A DNA stretch of 64,000 nt from Takakia lepidozioides (Eukaryota > Plantae > Bryophyta): positions 9,486,001 through 9,550,000 of the forward strand of contig CM060733.1 in assembly GCA_030704615.1 (NCBI GenBank). Direction: 5' to 3'. The notes beneath the pieces are model-generated. The model made no database searches. It saw only the letters and a program-made list of their open reading frames with translations, and was not told the DNA's origin. Position 1 is the first letter of the stretch; every line of letters starts with the position of its first letter. Made by a program: the position numbers and the translations under genes. Positions 50,862 through 64,000 of this stretch are shown one piece after another.

Positions 50862-53800
50862 CCCTTAAGTTCCCAAGCGACCTGAATCGGGTCACTTTGA
50901 TTTTTCAGTTACCTAATTTTTGCAGATCTAATCTGATGGGGCCCACTCCTGAAGCTCTAATGACAAGGGGTTTGTCTTGAGTATGATGCAAAAACAAAAT
51001 TAAAAATAAAATAAAAACTACGACCTACAGAAAATATCTTAGATAATTTTTCACGTTTTGGGCCTGAAAAGGGCTTGTTGACCGCTGACGTGGCAGGTAA
51101 ACAAGCCCAAAACATGTTTAGGGCGCGCCGGCAGCCCACCCAATGGCCCTTATTTTTGGGACGGGTGGGTGGCGCCACGCAGCAGGGGAAAGAGACGGGT
51201 GGCTGGGTGGTTGATTTCATGAGTTGGGCCTGCGCAAGGGATGTCCCCATAGCCCATTTTTCTAGCACGCAGCCTTTGCTCTCTCATAACCTGCATATTG
51301 GGCTACGTGCACTAAGCTTCATCACGGCCAGCACCTACTATGTACATGCATTGCATTTAGGGTTTAGATGCTCGCAAGTTTAGTTGTCATGGTGTCATGG
51401 GCATTTTTCAGGGGCCTTGGCATGTTTTTGGATTTTTTTTTCACTTGTGGGTTGCATGTCAATGGGGCTAGGGATGTCAACATGGTGAGGGTGGTGCATG
51501 TTGGACAATGGGGATGGGTTAAGATCTTGGAATGTTACTTTCTTTGCCTTGAAGGCTATAAGTAATGTGAGTCGGCCCTTTACTGTGGAGTGTCTCTGCG
51601 CCTTCATTGTGCATACAAGTTTGCTCATGGCTGTGAAGATGGAATTCTCCACTATATCTCAGAGCTTCAGCTCTCTACCTGCACTGTCATTGGAGTCATT
51701 AGAGTCAGCTAAGAGTGTTGTTAGAGAGTGGGCAAGTAAGTGTTCAACATGCAAGTGATGAGCAAGTAGAAAAAATTCTTGGTTGTTTGTGTGCACCTGT
51801 TTTGGAGTCTCTTCCTGTACCACCCAAGTGTAATCCTTGGCCTTTGCATCCCTTACCTACAAATTATAGGTATTTTTGGAGGAGACAAGTTGCTGAGATA
51901 CTAGGGTGGACTGAGAGAAGAGAAGAAGGAGACCCTAGGGGTTTTAGTGAGGAGGTCAATTTCTGCTTGAGAGAGAATGTCTGGCCAGATGGGCCATCTC
52001 AGAATGAAGCAATTAGCTTGAGAGAACCCAAGAAAGCAAAAAAGAAAGGACTGTGCATCCCTCAGAAGCCCCCCTACTGTAGTCATGACACGCCCAAGGC
52101 TGGAAAGCAGCAACAGTCGTAGGATCTCTCTCTTCAATTCACCTAAGGGCAATGACATCATGAGTCAGCCTGTAGCAAGTATTTTTCCAGATTCAGGCCC
52201 CAGTTTTCTTGGATATGCAGAAGCTGGGTCTAACTGCAACTTCCAAAGCCCTGTTACACAAATTGTGACTTGGGTCTGGAAGGTAAGGTTGTCTGCTACT
52301 CAGTTGCCTAGTTCTAGCTCTATTGTGAGAGATGAAGAGGAGTGGGTCATTGGTCAAGTGCTGGAGACATATGGTAGGACTGATGGGGGTCCAAGAATGT
52401 TGATTGTGGACTATGGGCTCCATGGCATGCATCATGTCTGTTCAAGCGTGTGTGAGGAGGTGACTTGTAGCTTGGGGAATGTGGAAGGTTGCATGGGGGA
52501 TTCTGTTCCTATGGGAGCTAGTGATGCTGATGTTAAGCCTATATATGTTGGTGATTCTGAGGACGAAGAAGACTTCTATGTGGGTGGGGATGTTGAGGAT
52601 GATGCCACTTTGGATCTGAATTCATTCTTTGAAAGCTTTAAGAACCAACATTGGAATTCTACCCACACCGGCAAAGATAGGGAGAGGTTTGTAGGAGCCT
52701 CACCTTGTGGACATGTTTTGCCCGACAACTTTGGAGGTTCTATTTTGGGCTTCTTCCATCTCTTCTGGAGTCCAGCCACCTTGGCTCGGATTTGTTTCCA
52801 ATCTAATTTGTATGCAATGGAAGTAGTGGGGAATAGCACAAGAGGTGGTGAAGGATGGACTGTCCTTAAGGTTCCCAAGTTGAGGGCATGGATTGGGGTG
52901 GTGTTATACATGGGCATAAAGAAGTTGCCAAGTGTTGGCTGCTATTGGCAAATTGGTGAGCCTTTCTTTGCATGCCCTGTCATCCGTCGGATAATGAGCA
53001 GAAACAGGTTTCAGTCTATCATGAGGTGTTTGCATTTGGTGGAGAACTCCACACTTGTCCAAGATAGGGCCAATCCTTTGCATGATAAGTTGGGGAAGGT
53101 GAGATGGCTATGTGAGCTTATTGCAAAGAGGTGTGAGGACCTGTGGAACCTAAATAGGATCTTGACAATTAATGAGATGATGATAAGGTACAAGGGCAAG
53201 TACTGCCCTATCCGCCAGTACATGCCTAAGAAGCCTGTGAAATGGGGAATCAAGGTGTGGTGCTTGGCAGATTCTGTGACATCTTATGTTTATAGATTTG
53301 ATGTGTATTGTGGGAAGAATGGGGGCCTTGGAAGGAGGAAGGCGAGTGGCAAATGACAAGGATATGATGTGGTAATGGGCTTGCTTGGTGGGCTGCATTG
53401 CCTTGGCCACATTGTGGTCACTGACAATTTCTTCACTAGTGTTGTTTTGGTCCATGACATGGCAAACATGGGGACTTGGGCCAGTGGAACTGTGAGAGCG
53501 AACAGGAAGGGCCTGCCAACGTCTTTGATTCTTTGCTTGAAGATGAAAGGGTGGAAACAGGGTGATAGTTACTACAAGATACATAACCGTCGTGACATGG
53601 CTGCTGTAGTGTGGTTTGATAAGAAGGCAGTCTTCCTGTTGTCTTCTGCTGCCAAACCTGTCACTGGCCCTAATTCTCCTGTATGTGTGCAAAGGTTTGT
53701 GGGCAACAAAAGGGTAATGATACCCTCCTCTCCTATCCATGTCCAGTATCAAGCTTTCATGAGAGGAGTGGATGTTCAGGACCAAATGAGGGGAGCTTAC

Positions 53801-54970
53801 AGCATGCAAACCAAAAGCCACAAATGGTGGCATAGAGTGATGTTATTTCTGCTGGACACTTCCATGGTGAACTGCTGGATTCTGCATTCCAGCCACATGA
53901 GGGCAATTAACAGTGATGCCATGACACATTTGGAGTTCAACCTGGCACTGGCACAACAGTTATCCTTGGGCACTTTCACTTCCTTGAAAAGCCGGTCCAT
54001 ATTTAAGCCTCATAGGTGGGCAATCCATCAGTCTTTGCACTCACCTTGTAGGCGCAGGTGTCAGGTGTGCAAGAGTCGCACACATTTCTACTGTCCACAG
54101 TGCGGGCACACTTCCCTTTGTCTTGGGAAGTGTTGGCAAAGAGTCCATATCATGCGTGCAAGGTAGAGCCTTTCAGCCATGCAGCCTTCAGCAAGGTAGA
54201 GCCTTTCATTGATTTCAGGTTCTAGCTATTAAGTTGCCTAGTTTCAGCCATGATGGATCTATTTTTGCTGGTACTAGTGTGTTCCTTTCTAGGCTTAATT
54301 TATGTGTTCATATTTCCATCTCTCTAACTTGTGTTCCTTTTTGTGTGTCCATTGTATGTGCATGATGGCAGGGGTGTGCAAGTGGTGTTCTTGGGCTGGA
54401 TTGCTCCCTTCATGGGGTGTGGGTTAGCTATAGGCTGAGGGCTATTTGTTGAGTTATAGGGGAGGGGGGGATATGTACATGTATGGGTTGGGGTTTAGGT
54501 GAGGGTGGGGAAGCTTATAAGGATTGTTGTTTACTATTATAGATGGTGAATCAATCTTTGTGAAGTTTTCGGGGTTGCTATGGTGGGGTTGGGGGCTGGA
54601 TGCAAATCATGCCTGGCTGTTTTTTTTAGCTGGGGGGATGCATGTTGCTTTGCTTTTTGGGGGTAGATGGGGGGGGACTGTCTGCAAGTTGGGCAGACAG
54701 CGGGTTCAAGCCCTGCACAGTCCATGGTATGAGTAGAGGAGAAGAGAAACAAAAGTTAAAGAGATGGAAATATGAACAAGGCAGGCAAAAAAATGAAGGC
54801 AACAAGCATAGCTCAAGGATCTTATTTTCAAAAATGAACTTATTCAAAAATTTGACAAAGAGGTGGCTTTTTTGGAAAACAGGTAAAGTAGTTGGGGAAG
54901 AGGTAAGGAGGGGTTGACAGGATGAAACGCAGGGCTCTCCACGGGCCCACCGCTGCAATGTAAAGGGTAA
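50862..54970 (+). mobile_element. piggyBac transposon in P450 intron
   Basis: TTAA (50858-50861) followed by a CCCTTAAG left end; transposase at 52085-54166; right end not clearly identifiable (coordinate approximate). Confidence 0.85.
52085..54166 (+). pseudogene. piggyBac (PGBD-like, DDE_Tnp_1_7) transposase with one premature stop
   Basis: MSRNRFQSIMRCLHL; TINEMMIRYKG..QYMPKKPVKWGIK; VVTDNFFTS; MRGVDVQDQM; KWWHRV; C-terminal Cys-rich domain. ORFs 52085-53356 and 53369-54166 are in the same frame, split by TGA at 53354. Confidence 0.93.
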
Positions 54971-57900
54971 GGGGAGACGGCCAAAATGTTGCCCTCCGAA
55001 ATAGAGTATATTCCGTCGGAAAATACCGCCTGAGCTGCGCCTGAAATGCTAGTAGGGATCAGAATTCAGATTGCACTCCAAAGGCCATTTTTGGGAGAAA
55101 ATTAGCAATTTTGTAAAAAGAACTTCACCTTGTGGTGTGTGAGCATTATTAAGACTAAGCTTGGCCGTAAGCACATTCGAAGCGTCTTCTATGGTTTGGA
55201 GCTGAGCAAGTATACTTAGATATCATCTTTCTAGTCTGCTGGTCAATTTGCTTGTAGTGAATTATTGAAACAATTTCATCTATGAAGTGTGTTCAATCTA
55301 CCACTTGATGGCCGGGCACGTTGGCATCAACCTCACACGCTATGCACATATTACATGGGAAGCACCCCTCACCCACTTCCGTCATGCCAATTCTCATATC
55401 AATCATGTCATAGGAAAGGTACTTCTGACAATAGCATGAGATGAAGGCTACCTTTCAGTAGCTCGTTCATGCAGGTCGGATTTTCAGCCAAGTGGCGCAA
55501 CGCTGTGGTAAGGGTGGAGGCAGTGGTGTTGTGACCAGCAACCATGAGATGAATAAGGTTGTCATGGAGGGCTTCCTTGGAGAGGAACTGTCCATTCTCG
55601 TCCGGCGTCGTCAGGAGCAACCACAGAAGGTCTTGACGCGGCGATGCGCGTTTGTCTTTGAGTTCATGCCACGGTCCAGATCTTCCATGGTCATAACAAT
55701 GCTTGACCAATCCCTGATCTCTTGAAAAGAAAGAAAGACAGCAACTATTCGAGCACAAAAAAATTCTTCGAGGAGGTGTAAATTTATCCGGCCCATAAAA
55801 AACGGTCATTCAGCTACGAGCTTGAATTGCAGTATGTAGCAAGTGTACTAGCACCTAGTAAATTATATGGTAGATCCCGCTTTTAGTTGTACAAGAGATT
55901 CTCTTGTTACCTGGCACCTTCTTGTCGTGATGGCGACGAGGCCGCTCAGGAGGATCTGACGTGCCCGTTTAGCTTTCCAGAAACCAGTGCCCGGGATATC
56001 GAAGGGAAGGCTCACCATGCCTTCCACCATAACGTTGAATGCATCGAAAAGTCTGTCGAGTTCAGGGCCCTCCTTTAAGCTCAAGAAGAGGTCGCATGAC
56101 GAAACAAATGCAAATTGTTTGATGCACTTAGATCCTGTCACTTGGTCTTGATTCTCCCAGTGTTTGGATATGTGGACTGCTGCCAATACCTCCATTCTAG
56201 GCATAAAACTCTGGAGCGATTCAGGACTCAAGAAAGTCATGACGATTCGGCGGATGCGTCTATGCAATCTCCCCGTAGTTGAGATTAGTTCAAAGCAGTG
56301 GCATTGTGCAGTCACTTGTGAGAACTTTTTACGAATTCTTAGCGTGCGTCAAATTGTCTCACAATAGCAAGGTCGAGCACGTGCACATTGTTTGGATGAC
56401 AAGCTTATTGTACATGAAGTTGTTGATTTCTTCCTGGATGCCAATCTACAAAATATATTTTTGAATCTTAAGTAGAGCAGTGATCATCGTTTCGCATGTG
56501 TACACAGACATGTTGCAAATACTAGACTATCCGCTTTAGACCTTTCTGGCAACTTGGTGAAGTTCTACGGCTGAACATTGATGAAATAGGTACCAGTTCA
56601 AAGGAAATCTGTAAAGCCAATCGTTCACTTGATTTGGCAAGTTTCTTCAATTGAGAAGTTTGTCCATTTCAAAAGACAATCATTCAAGGAGTATTATTTA
56701 CCTGTGAGAGTCGGGCGTCCCGTTTAAAAACATGGCTTCCTTCCCAAGAAGGGTGACAAGTGTGTCGGGCCACCAATTTCAAACCAGTTGGTTCTCATTG
56801 GCAAACACGAACTTGTTTCCAGCAGGCGCAGGCAAGCATACAGTCCGTGATAGCAACAGCGATGTTTTGAACACCCTTCCATATTTCTCCTCCCGAGTCT
56901 GCGACCAGATCAAACCATGAGATCATTTGGCAGAATTTCACACATCGCAGCTGTGAAATCGACTAGATCTTGCCACTCAGAATTGTGTCAACACTGTATT
57001 TCACTTAATGTACGTGGATGATCGATAATTGGATTAACAACTGCCACGGATCTCAAACTAAATATAATAGCTCAGCTGCTCGTGGCAGAAGTTTTCCCAC
57101 ATTTGTTATATATTGCAACAGCCCGCTGAGGCGCTATCCCACAGCTGATGTCGACATGCAAGAGAACGGAAGTGTGTGATTCATTGCTCCAGAATCCCTT
57201 CGTCTGTTCAACACTCAGCCCAACTCATGGGAATCATCCTCACTACGTACGTCTTCATGTTCCCTTCATGACGTACAAGGTTTCCAATAACATTGCTCAG
57301 CTGCATACAACAAGACCTCTATCATTTGAGTACACGTATGTCTAGTCTAAGCATCTAAGCATCTAAACTAGCTGCATGATCTAGTCGCGTCCTTGGCATT
57401 ACTCGAAAGAAATCTCCGAGTCTGTTGATGCGCATCACGAAGAAGAAGCTAAGTGTCTCCCCAATAACTGGAAGCCCAAATCGACCCGGTGGAAGTGGGG
57501 GCCGGCCTCTGAGCCGATTCTTCTCCGATTGCAAGGGAATAATCCGGAAAACCAGCCACAACACCAGAGTGCCAAACAGCAGTGCAAAGAGTGAACCCAA
57601 AGTGCCCCCATTTCTGATCATTTCCGTATACACTTGCCACAGTCTGTCGAGCTCAACCACGTTTGTCATACCGACCCACGAAGCCCTCCAATATCTAGAA
57701 TCTACTCACTTCAGGCTCCGGCAGCTTTGGGTCTCATCAGTCTCTTCGCTTGAACTCGAAAATTTTAATGTCTACCCGAAAAAGGAGCGCCAAACCACCA
57801 GCCGGCTTGCTTGCACGCTCATTTAAGAGCATTCTGGCTTTGCACATCTTGCAGATGCGAGGAACCGGTGCCGTTCACTCATGTTTGGCTCCTCAAGTGA

Positions 57901-59299
57901 AGATGGCTCCTCAAGTGAGGGTATACCAATACGTTTGGATTGAGCAATTCTAAAATTGACATGACAACCTTACTGGAGGTATCATCGACATAACTCAGAG
58001 ATAGAAATAACCTCATGTAAGGTAAAAATATTAAAGATTCTACTCAATTGCAAAATTGACAAGCAAAACTTTCTGGAGGGTAGAGAGAGAGAAGACTCCG
58101 ACCGAGGCCGGTGTAACTAAGAGCCACTTCACCTTGCGGCTACTGCCCCCTTTCGGGGGTGGGCCCTATAACAAAAAAGTGTCCAGGGGACACCAAGTGA
58201 CCGTTAAGAATAGAGGGGTGAGGGTACCACCCAGGGGTATCCTGGGGGACCTAAGGTGAGTTTGAAGTGTCGGATTCCAGTTGGCGTTTGTTGGTGATAA
58301 TAGCTGTGAGTGAACGGAGTGCCGTGAGATGGAGGGTATAATAACATTGAGGAATATTCAAAACTTGTAATAACCTTTCGGCAGGTACCCATAAAACAAG
58401 ACTGAATGATAAAAACAACCTTATGTAAGATAAAACAATTTTTTTGTTTTATATTAAATCTGAATTTTTTTATAAAAAAAAGAGCCTTGTTAGAGTTAGC
58501 AATTTTAGAGTACCCTCTGGAAGGTTGTTCTTATCATTCCCCTAAATTGCATAATGGGGAAGTGCGTGCAAGGTCCGGGCGGGGGAGAAAGGCAAAGGGA
58601 AAAGCAGAAGTTTAGGGCAAGTGGCGAGCAATTTTGGCAAGCTATATAAAGACATGGAGTGGGCAGGCCCACATGTGTGGCCAGGCATGTGAAGCCTCGG
58701 TAGGTGCGCTGCTAGGACCAGGGAGCCAGCGTCATTACGACGTGGCTACCGAAAATTCGCGGGCGTGCCTTCCCCATGTGTCACCGTCTCTCCTTTGCTG
58801 AAAATTGCTTGATGAAGTGCATCCAATAACACCTCCCCTAGGTAACATCTTTCTTATTGAACAATGTATGAAGAACAAGGCATGACATACACTTAGGCCT
58901 TGTTGTTCTCAGCCCTAAGAGTTGCCTTCCATGTACCCGGCCCACCGTTTAAGGGAGGAAACGGACAAAAATGGCCTGGTACACTTCTCACTTCCATGCA
59001 TGCATAGGGCAGCGGGCTCGGTCGCCGAGTTCCCGTGCCGGTAGCACGCCCGACAAAATGGGAAGAGAGCTCGGTGGACGACCCCGCAAATTGAATGCAG
59101 TCTCCACTTACTTGCCACGTCGTACGGCAGTACCCTCTACCACGTCACGCTAAAGTCCAAAACGATTACTTGGCCGCCGAGCTCCACATGACATTGGAAA
59201 TGTTCGGAGGAACCCAACCATTTTTTTTAGCACCAGACGAACTACTTTTTTTGGCGGGCCGGGCACCTCCCACATGGAAAGACGCCCTAATAAGCTTAA

Positions 59300-59392
59300 T
59301 AACCGGATACATACCCGGATCCCCTGTTTGTCATGTTGGTAATACCCGGAACCGGCGGATATTAAAAAAAAACTTACATCCGCCCAACACTG
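59300..59392. mobile_element. hAT-like MITE right end (..CCGCCCAACACTG)
   Basis: CCGGAT motifs and the same terminus as 42431. Confidence 0.6.
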
Positions 59393-59482
59393 GTTGGTAC
59401 CTATTGTTCTGCTACTCGTTCGTTTGTTTTGACATCATGTCACCATCCCGTCTGTGGTATGGCAAATGCTCAGAAAAGATAT

Positions 59483-61200
59483 CGTAACCCCTCGTAGGGC
59501 TCCTGCCTGCAGCACCCGCACTCCGTTATCTCGTTTGCATGGTTCGCCATGTGCACGGGTAGTCACTTAACTCACATTCCGTGCATCCGTCATGGCAGTG
59601 ATCCTTGGCTACTTTGCTTACTTGTGCGATCTATCCCTCAATACATACTTCTCAGCTTTACATCTCTACCTTTCATCTCGATCTGTTGTTTACAGGGCCT
59701 GCATGAATCAGTTTTACTTGCGATCCAGCCCAGCTACCCTCATCTTGTCTTCTTTTCGTTCTCTCTACACTTGTTGCAGCTCAAACGTTTTCCAGTGTTA
59801 CTCTCTTAATCGTTGGTTTCAACTGTATATGCTTTGCCTCGTAAATCCAGTCTATCTCCTTTATATCACACGGCTTACTATGAAGGCCACTTAATATCAA
59901 CACGATCTGTACACTGTACACGCATCTCACTAATCACTCCACTAAACCTACTCAGTCTAATCCACGTTTCTTCTGCTCTGTCTCCATCGCCTCTCTCTAA
60001 CTTTAAAGTAAACTTAACTTCAAAGTGAATTGTCTCTCCATCTTGGAATGATCTATGTCTGCTACCTTGTACCCTGCAGCAGTCCTTGGGAATCTCTTCT
60101 TTCCGAAGTCCCTACTTTCCCCAACATCTACTAATCAGCTAAGCCTTCCCTGGTCGTGCCTGCTGACTAAGCACTAAGTTATGGACATGTGGCCCTGATC
60201 CACGTCTTGATAAGATCTTACGAGCCCAAAACTTAATTACATGGTTTCGCTTAGACATGCGTCTTAGTGTCATAAGACGACGTCCCCTCGTCCGTTGATC
60301 AATATTAGATCAATGGTTTGCATGCTGTCAAACTATGTTCATCTACCCTGCTCGTCCGTTGTTCATCCAATGGCTTCATCCATCGTAGCATGGCACTCAA
60401 GCAACCTCTCACTTGATGAATGTATCTCTCCCATGCTGACTGTTCACACTACATCCATCCTGATCCACGAAGTGAACCAAGACCTTTAATATCCTTCTCT
60501 TCATTCATCCGCGTTCATCCTTCTACCGTTCATCCAGTTTGTCTTGCCTTTTTGCTTATCGTCTCCTTCCCCCGCACACTCTATACTCTCCTTGCGAAAT
60601 CCAAGTGTGTTTTTCATCACATGTTTTCCCCTTACAGCTGTAAAATACTACCTTTTTATTTTAGTGAAAGTCCTGTTTCACCTGATAGTTTTGTCCTTCT
60701 TACTGATGGACGAGGTTGATGTCTCTGCGGGATCTCGTCCAGCGCTTTTTCGCTGCATCTTCAAGTATGCAGATTCGGTCTGACTCATCCATATTTTCTG
60801 TTTTAGACTTGTCTTTGTACCCCTGGAAAGTGTATGGTCCCTCCCAAGTTGGCTCGAACCCCTTGCACTTGCCTAGTCTGAGCATCATTACAAGCTGCCC
60901 TTCTTCAAGTGTGTTCAATGTGCAGTTGCTTGTTCTGCGAGCTGCGTAACTATCTTGTTGTTCCTTTTGCGCCCGGCGTACATTCTCATGAAGGGTGATG
61001 TCCATATTTGTCAGGAGGTAGACTACCTTCTCCATCATCATATTATTGATGGCCTCCTCATCATTGTGTAAGTCCACAAGCTCTGTGATTTTTCCCCAGC
61101 TCGCCCAGACATGGCATAAGAGAGATTGTGTGTGGGTCTATGAGTACACTGTAATGTAGAGAATAGGTAACAATTGTGATGGAGTGTAGTAGAGGCTGGT
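59483..61200 (-). mobile_element. Gypsy 3' remnant: integrase C-terminus, PPT and probable LTR
   Basis: ORF 60700-61077 (VRRAQKEQQDSYAARR..LEEGQLVMM..WEGPY); purine tract GGGGGAAGGAGA at ~60562-60573 on -, followed by a ~1.1-kb non-coding block. Confidence 0.6.
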
Positions 61201-61239
61201 GAGAGAGAGTGATGGAGAATTGGTACATAGAAGTCCCAC

Positions 61240-64000
61240 ATGGGATTATTTGTGGATGTGAGATGGATCCGGTGTGGAGAGACTGACAACCTGAACTTGG
61301 CTCAAAAGGACGTGCAGCCTTCCCACATTTTGCTACCCAATGGTGGTGTGGAGTTTACACACATGCATCTGTCAAATGTACCAATGATCCTGCAAGGTGT
61401 ACACACGACGACCGATTTCGAGGTTTGGGATGGAGCTCGGTACGATTGCATCGACCTTGACATGCAGTGGTTGGATCCGGTGGACGCGGTAGCCTGTAGA
61501 CTCGGCATGGTCAGTGGGAACGGAGAGACATTAAACCTGAAAGGTGCCAAGGCCCTTCCTATGTCCCATTCTTATCAGCCCTGTAAATGAAGAGATATAT
61601 TCATAACGGAAACACGCAGTTTTTTGCTGTTAGCGTGCATGATTAACCATCAGGAACAGAATGTGTGAAAATTTCACATCTCAAACTTGATCTACTACTG
61701 CATGAATATGATGATGTGTTTCCTGTAAAATTCCTGGAATGCCCCCTGAACGAGAGGTTGATCATGCTATTGAGCTAGTGACGGATGTTGTACCAGTTGC
61801 AAAGGTACCATACAGACATTCAATCGCAGATAATGAAGAATTAGAGAGACAACTGAATGATTTGCTTGAGAAATGGTATGACATCTGTCCTAGTACATCA
61901 CCCTGGGGTGCTCCAGTGATGTTCAAGAAAAAGAAAAACGGGAGTCTGAGGTTGTGTGTTGACTATAGATGGTTGAACAAGTTCACCATTAAGAATAAGT
62001 ATCATCTGCCTCGTGTTGACGATCTGTTGGACCATACATATGGGAATCAAGTTTTTTTCAAAACTTGATCTTCGATTTGGATATCATCAGACACGAATCA
62101 AGCATTCTGACATACCAAAGACTAGATTTAGGTCCCGCTTTGGGCATTATGAATTCTTGGTGATGCCATTTGAGCTCACAAATGCTTCAGCGACATTCAC
62201 ACACCTAATGAATTCCCTGTTTCAAAAATATTTGGGGAAGTTGGTCCTAGTCTACATGGATGATATATTGATAATATACTCAAAGACTGAAGAGGAACAC
62301 AAACGACATCTACGCTTGGTCTTAGACATACTGAGAGAGAACCACCTGTTTACTAATAGAAGCAAGTGTGAGTTCTTTCATGTAGACCACATGGATTACT
62401 TGGGGTATTGCGTCTCTAAGGATGGAATCTCAATTGATCTCAAGAAAGTCCAAACAGTGGCTGAATGGCCTAAGCCAAGTGATAAAACTGATCAGGTCAG
62501 GAGCTTTATAGGATTTGCTGGTTTCCTATGGAAGTTTGTCAAGTTTTTCTCAGATTGCAGCTCCATTAACTGACCTGCTTAAGGACTCAAGTCCTGTAAG
62601 CTTAAAAGATGTCTGGACAGGAGGATGTGATGTCAGTTTTGAGAAATTAAAGTTTGCTTTGGCACATGCTCCTGTACTAAAATTGCTCGACCCTACTAGG
62701 GAAGCAATTGTACTCTGTACTGATGCAAGTGATCTTGCTATTGGGGCTGTGTTAATGCAAGATGGGCAAGTGATTGCCTATGAATCTCGAAAGATCAATC
62801 CAGGAGAGAAGAATTCTCCGACTCATGAAAATGAACTGTTGGCAATAGTTCATGCTTTGAAAATATGGAGGCAAATGTTATCTGCTTCCAGTTGATTTTG
62901 TAATAGAAACTGACCATCAGAGTTTGAAATACTTGACCACGCAACCTCATTTGAGTCAGGGGCATATTCGATGGTCAAAACTGCTTCAACAGTTCCATTA
63001 TGACCTGAAGTATGTCAAATGAAGTGAAAACTTGATTGTTGATGCACTTTCTAAGAGACCATTACAAGCTAATGTTGTCTCATATATCAGGAACAATATA
63101 TTTCAGGACATTAAGGGTCAGTATGAGATTGATGGATTTTTCAAAGAACCATTTAGGAGTTTGTCTCGTGACCAAAAGACTTGATCCATTGAAAAGGAGA
63201 AATATCGGTCATACCTCTTGAGAGATGATTGTTGTCTTATAATGGTCGGTTGTGCATTCCCATGATCCTAGGCCTGAGATTGCGAATTATTCATGATAGT
63301 CATAATGTTCCAAGCTCAAGACACCCGGGCTTTCAGAGGACCTATTGGTCAATACGAAAGAACTACTTCTGGCCAGGTATGATCAAAGATTATGTACAGA
63401 GATGTTTTCCCTGTCAGGTTTCGAAATCAGAAAGAGTCAGACCTCCTAGATTATTGCAACCTTTGTCTGTTCCTGGATGGAATTGGGAATCCATTAGCAT
63501 GTATTTCACTGTGGCTTTGCCCAGGACAAAAAATGGCCATGACAGTATCATGGTGGTTGTAGATAGGCTATATAAGATAGCCCATTTGATACCTATAAGG
63601 ATGAATGCTACGACATTTGATGTTGCATCCTTGTTCATGAAAGAGATATTCAGGGATTCAAAGTTTACTAGTCGCTTTTGGCTGACTTGTTCAAGAAATT
63701 GGGAAGATAAGACTAAGTACGGCCCTTCCCCCAGAAACAGATGCCCAAATAGAAAGAACCAACCGTACAATTGAAGAGATGTTAAAGATGTACCTTGGTG
63801 AGAGACATCCCACTTGGGAACAGCACATCTTGTACTTGGTGCGAGAATAAATGCCTATAACAAGCATTTACACAATGCCATTGGCATGAGTCCATTTGAA
63901 GCCTTGTATGGACGACATTTCTTACCTCATGCTTTGCTTGTTACACCACCATCAAAATGTGTAGAGTGTAAATGACATAATCAAAGAAATGCACTTGTAC
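61240..64000 (+). mobile_element. Ty3/Gypsy pol (protease-RT-RNase H-integrase), degenerate; runs off window end
   Basis: [12 protein letters not shown]; [17 protein letters not shown]; VYMDDILI; CTDASDLAIGAVLMQ; HPGFQRTY..C..CQ; WESISM.F..LP; many frameshifts. Confidence 0.95.

Larger units (their letters stand above)
50380..57669 (-). pseudogene. Cytochrome P450, CYP85 clan (CYP716/728-like), pseudogene
   Basis: Exons: 57669-57404 (LPPGRFGLPVIGETLSF), ~56899-56702 (KYGRVFKTSL..GNKFVFANE, in-frame TGA), ~56280-55911, ~55720-55452 (AGHNTTASTL I-helix), ~50670-50530 (YTWRVIQESMR, ExxR), ~50410-50382. No PERF or FxxGxRxC heme exon found. Confidence 0.9.

Noticed and set aside
54955-54970. AAAGGGTAA as the piggyBac right TIR
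   Set aside because: Only ~5 bp match the left end and the TTAA is incomplete; used only as an approximate boundary.

Overview
Plant nuclear DNA, most likely from a non-seed land plant (inferred from the gene and transposon content). It holds two apparently intact protein genes: a ~14-exon At3g48200-like Ig-repeat/multipass membrane gene (18028-27593, -) and a DUF4228/PADRE gene (37908-38765, -). There is also a tRNA-Asp(GTC). The rest is decayed sequence. Pseudogenes: Tic32-like SDR, two PLS-PPR, a GDH exon, a very-large-inducible-GTPase (VLIG/GVIN1-like) and a CYP85-clan P450. Transposon relics: hAT, a CACTA-type hairpin array, Copia, Gypsy, a nearly intact piggyBac inside a P450 intron, and several MITEs. 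The most unusual item is an intron-containing Crypton/DUF3504-type tyrosine-recombinase element with a stacked-hairpin terminus, inserted into a Copia RT. Also notable are a 639-bp inversion bounded exactly by GTCGAC palindromes that flips SDR exon 2, repeated internal inversions in other elements, and an OSB-type motif fused to PPR repeats. All family calls come from motif recognition by eye; no searches were run.
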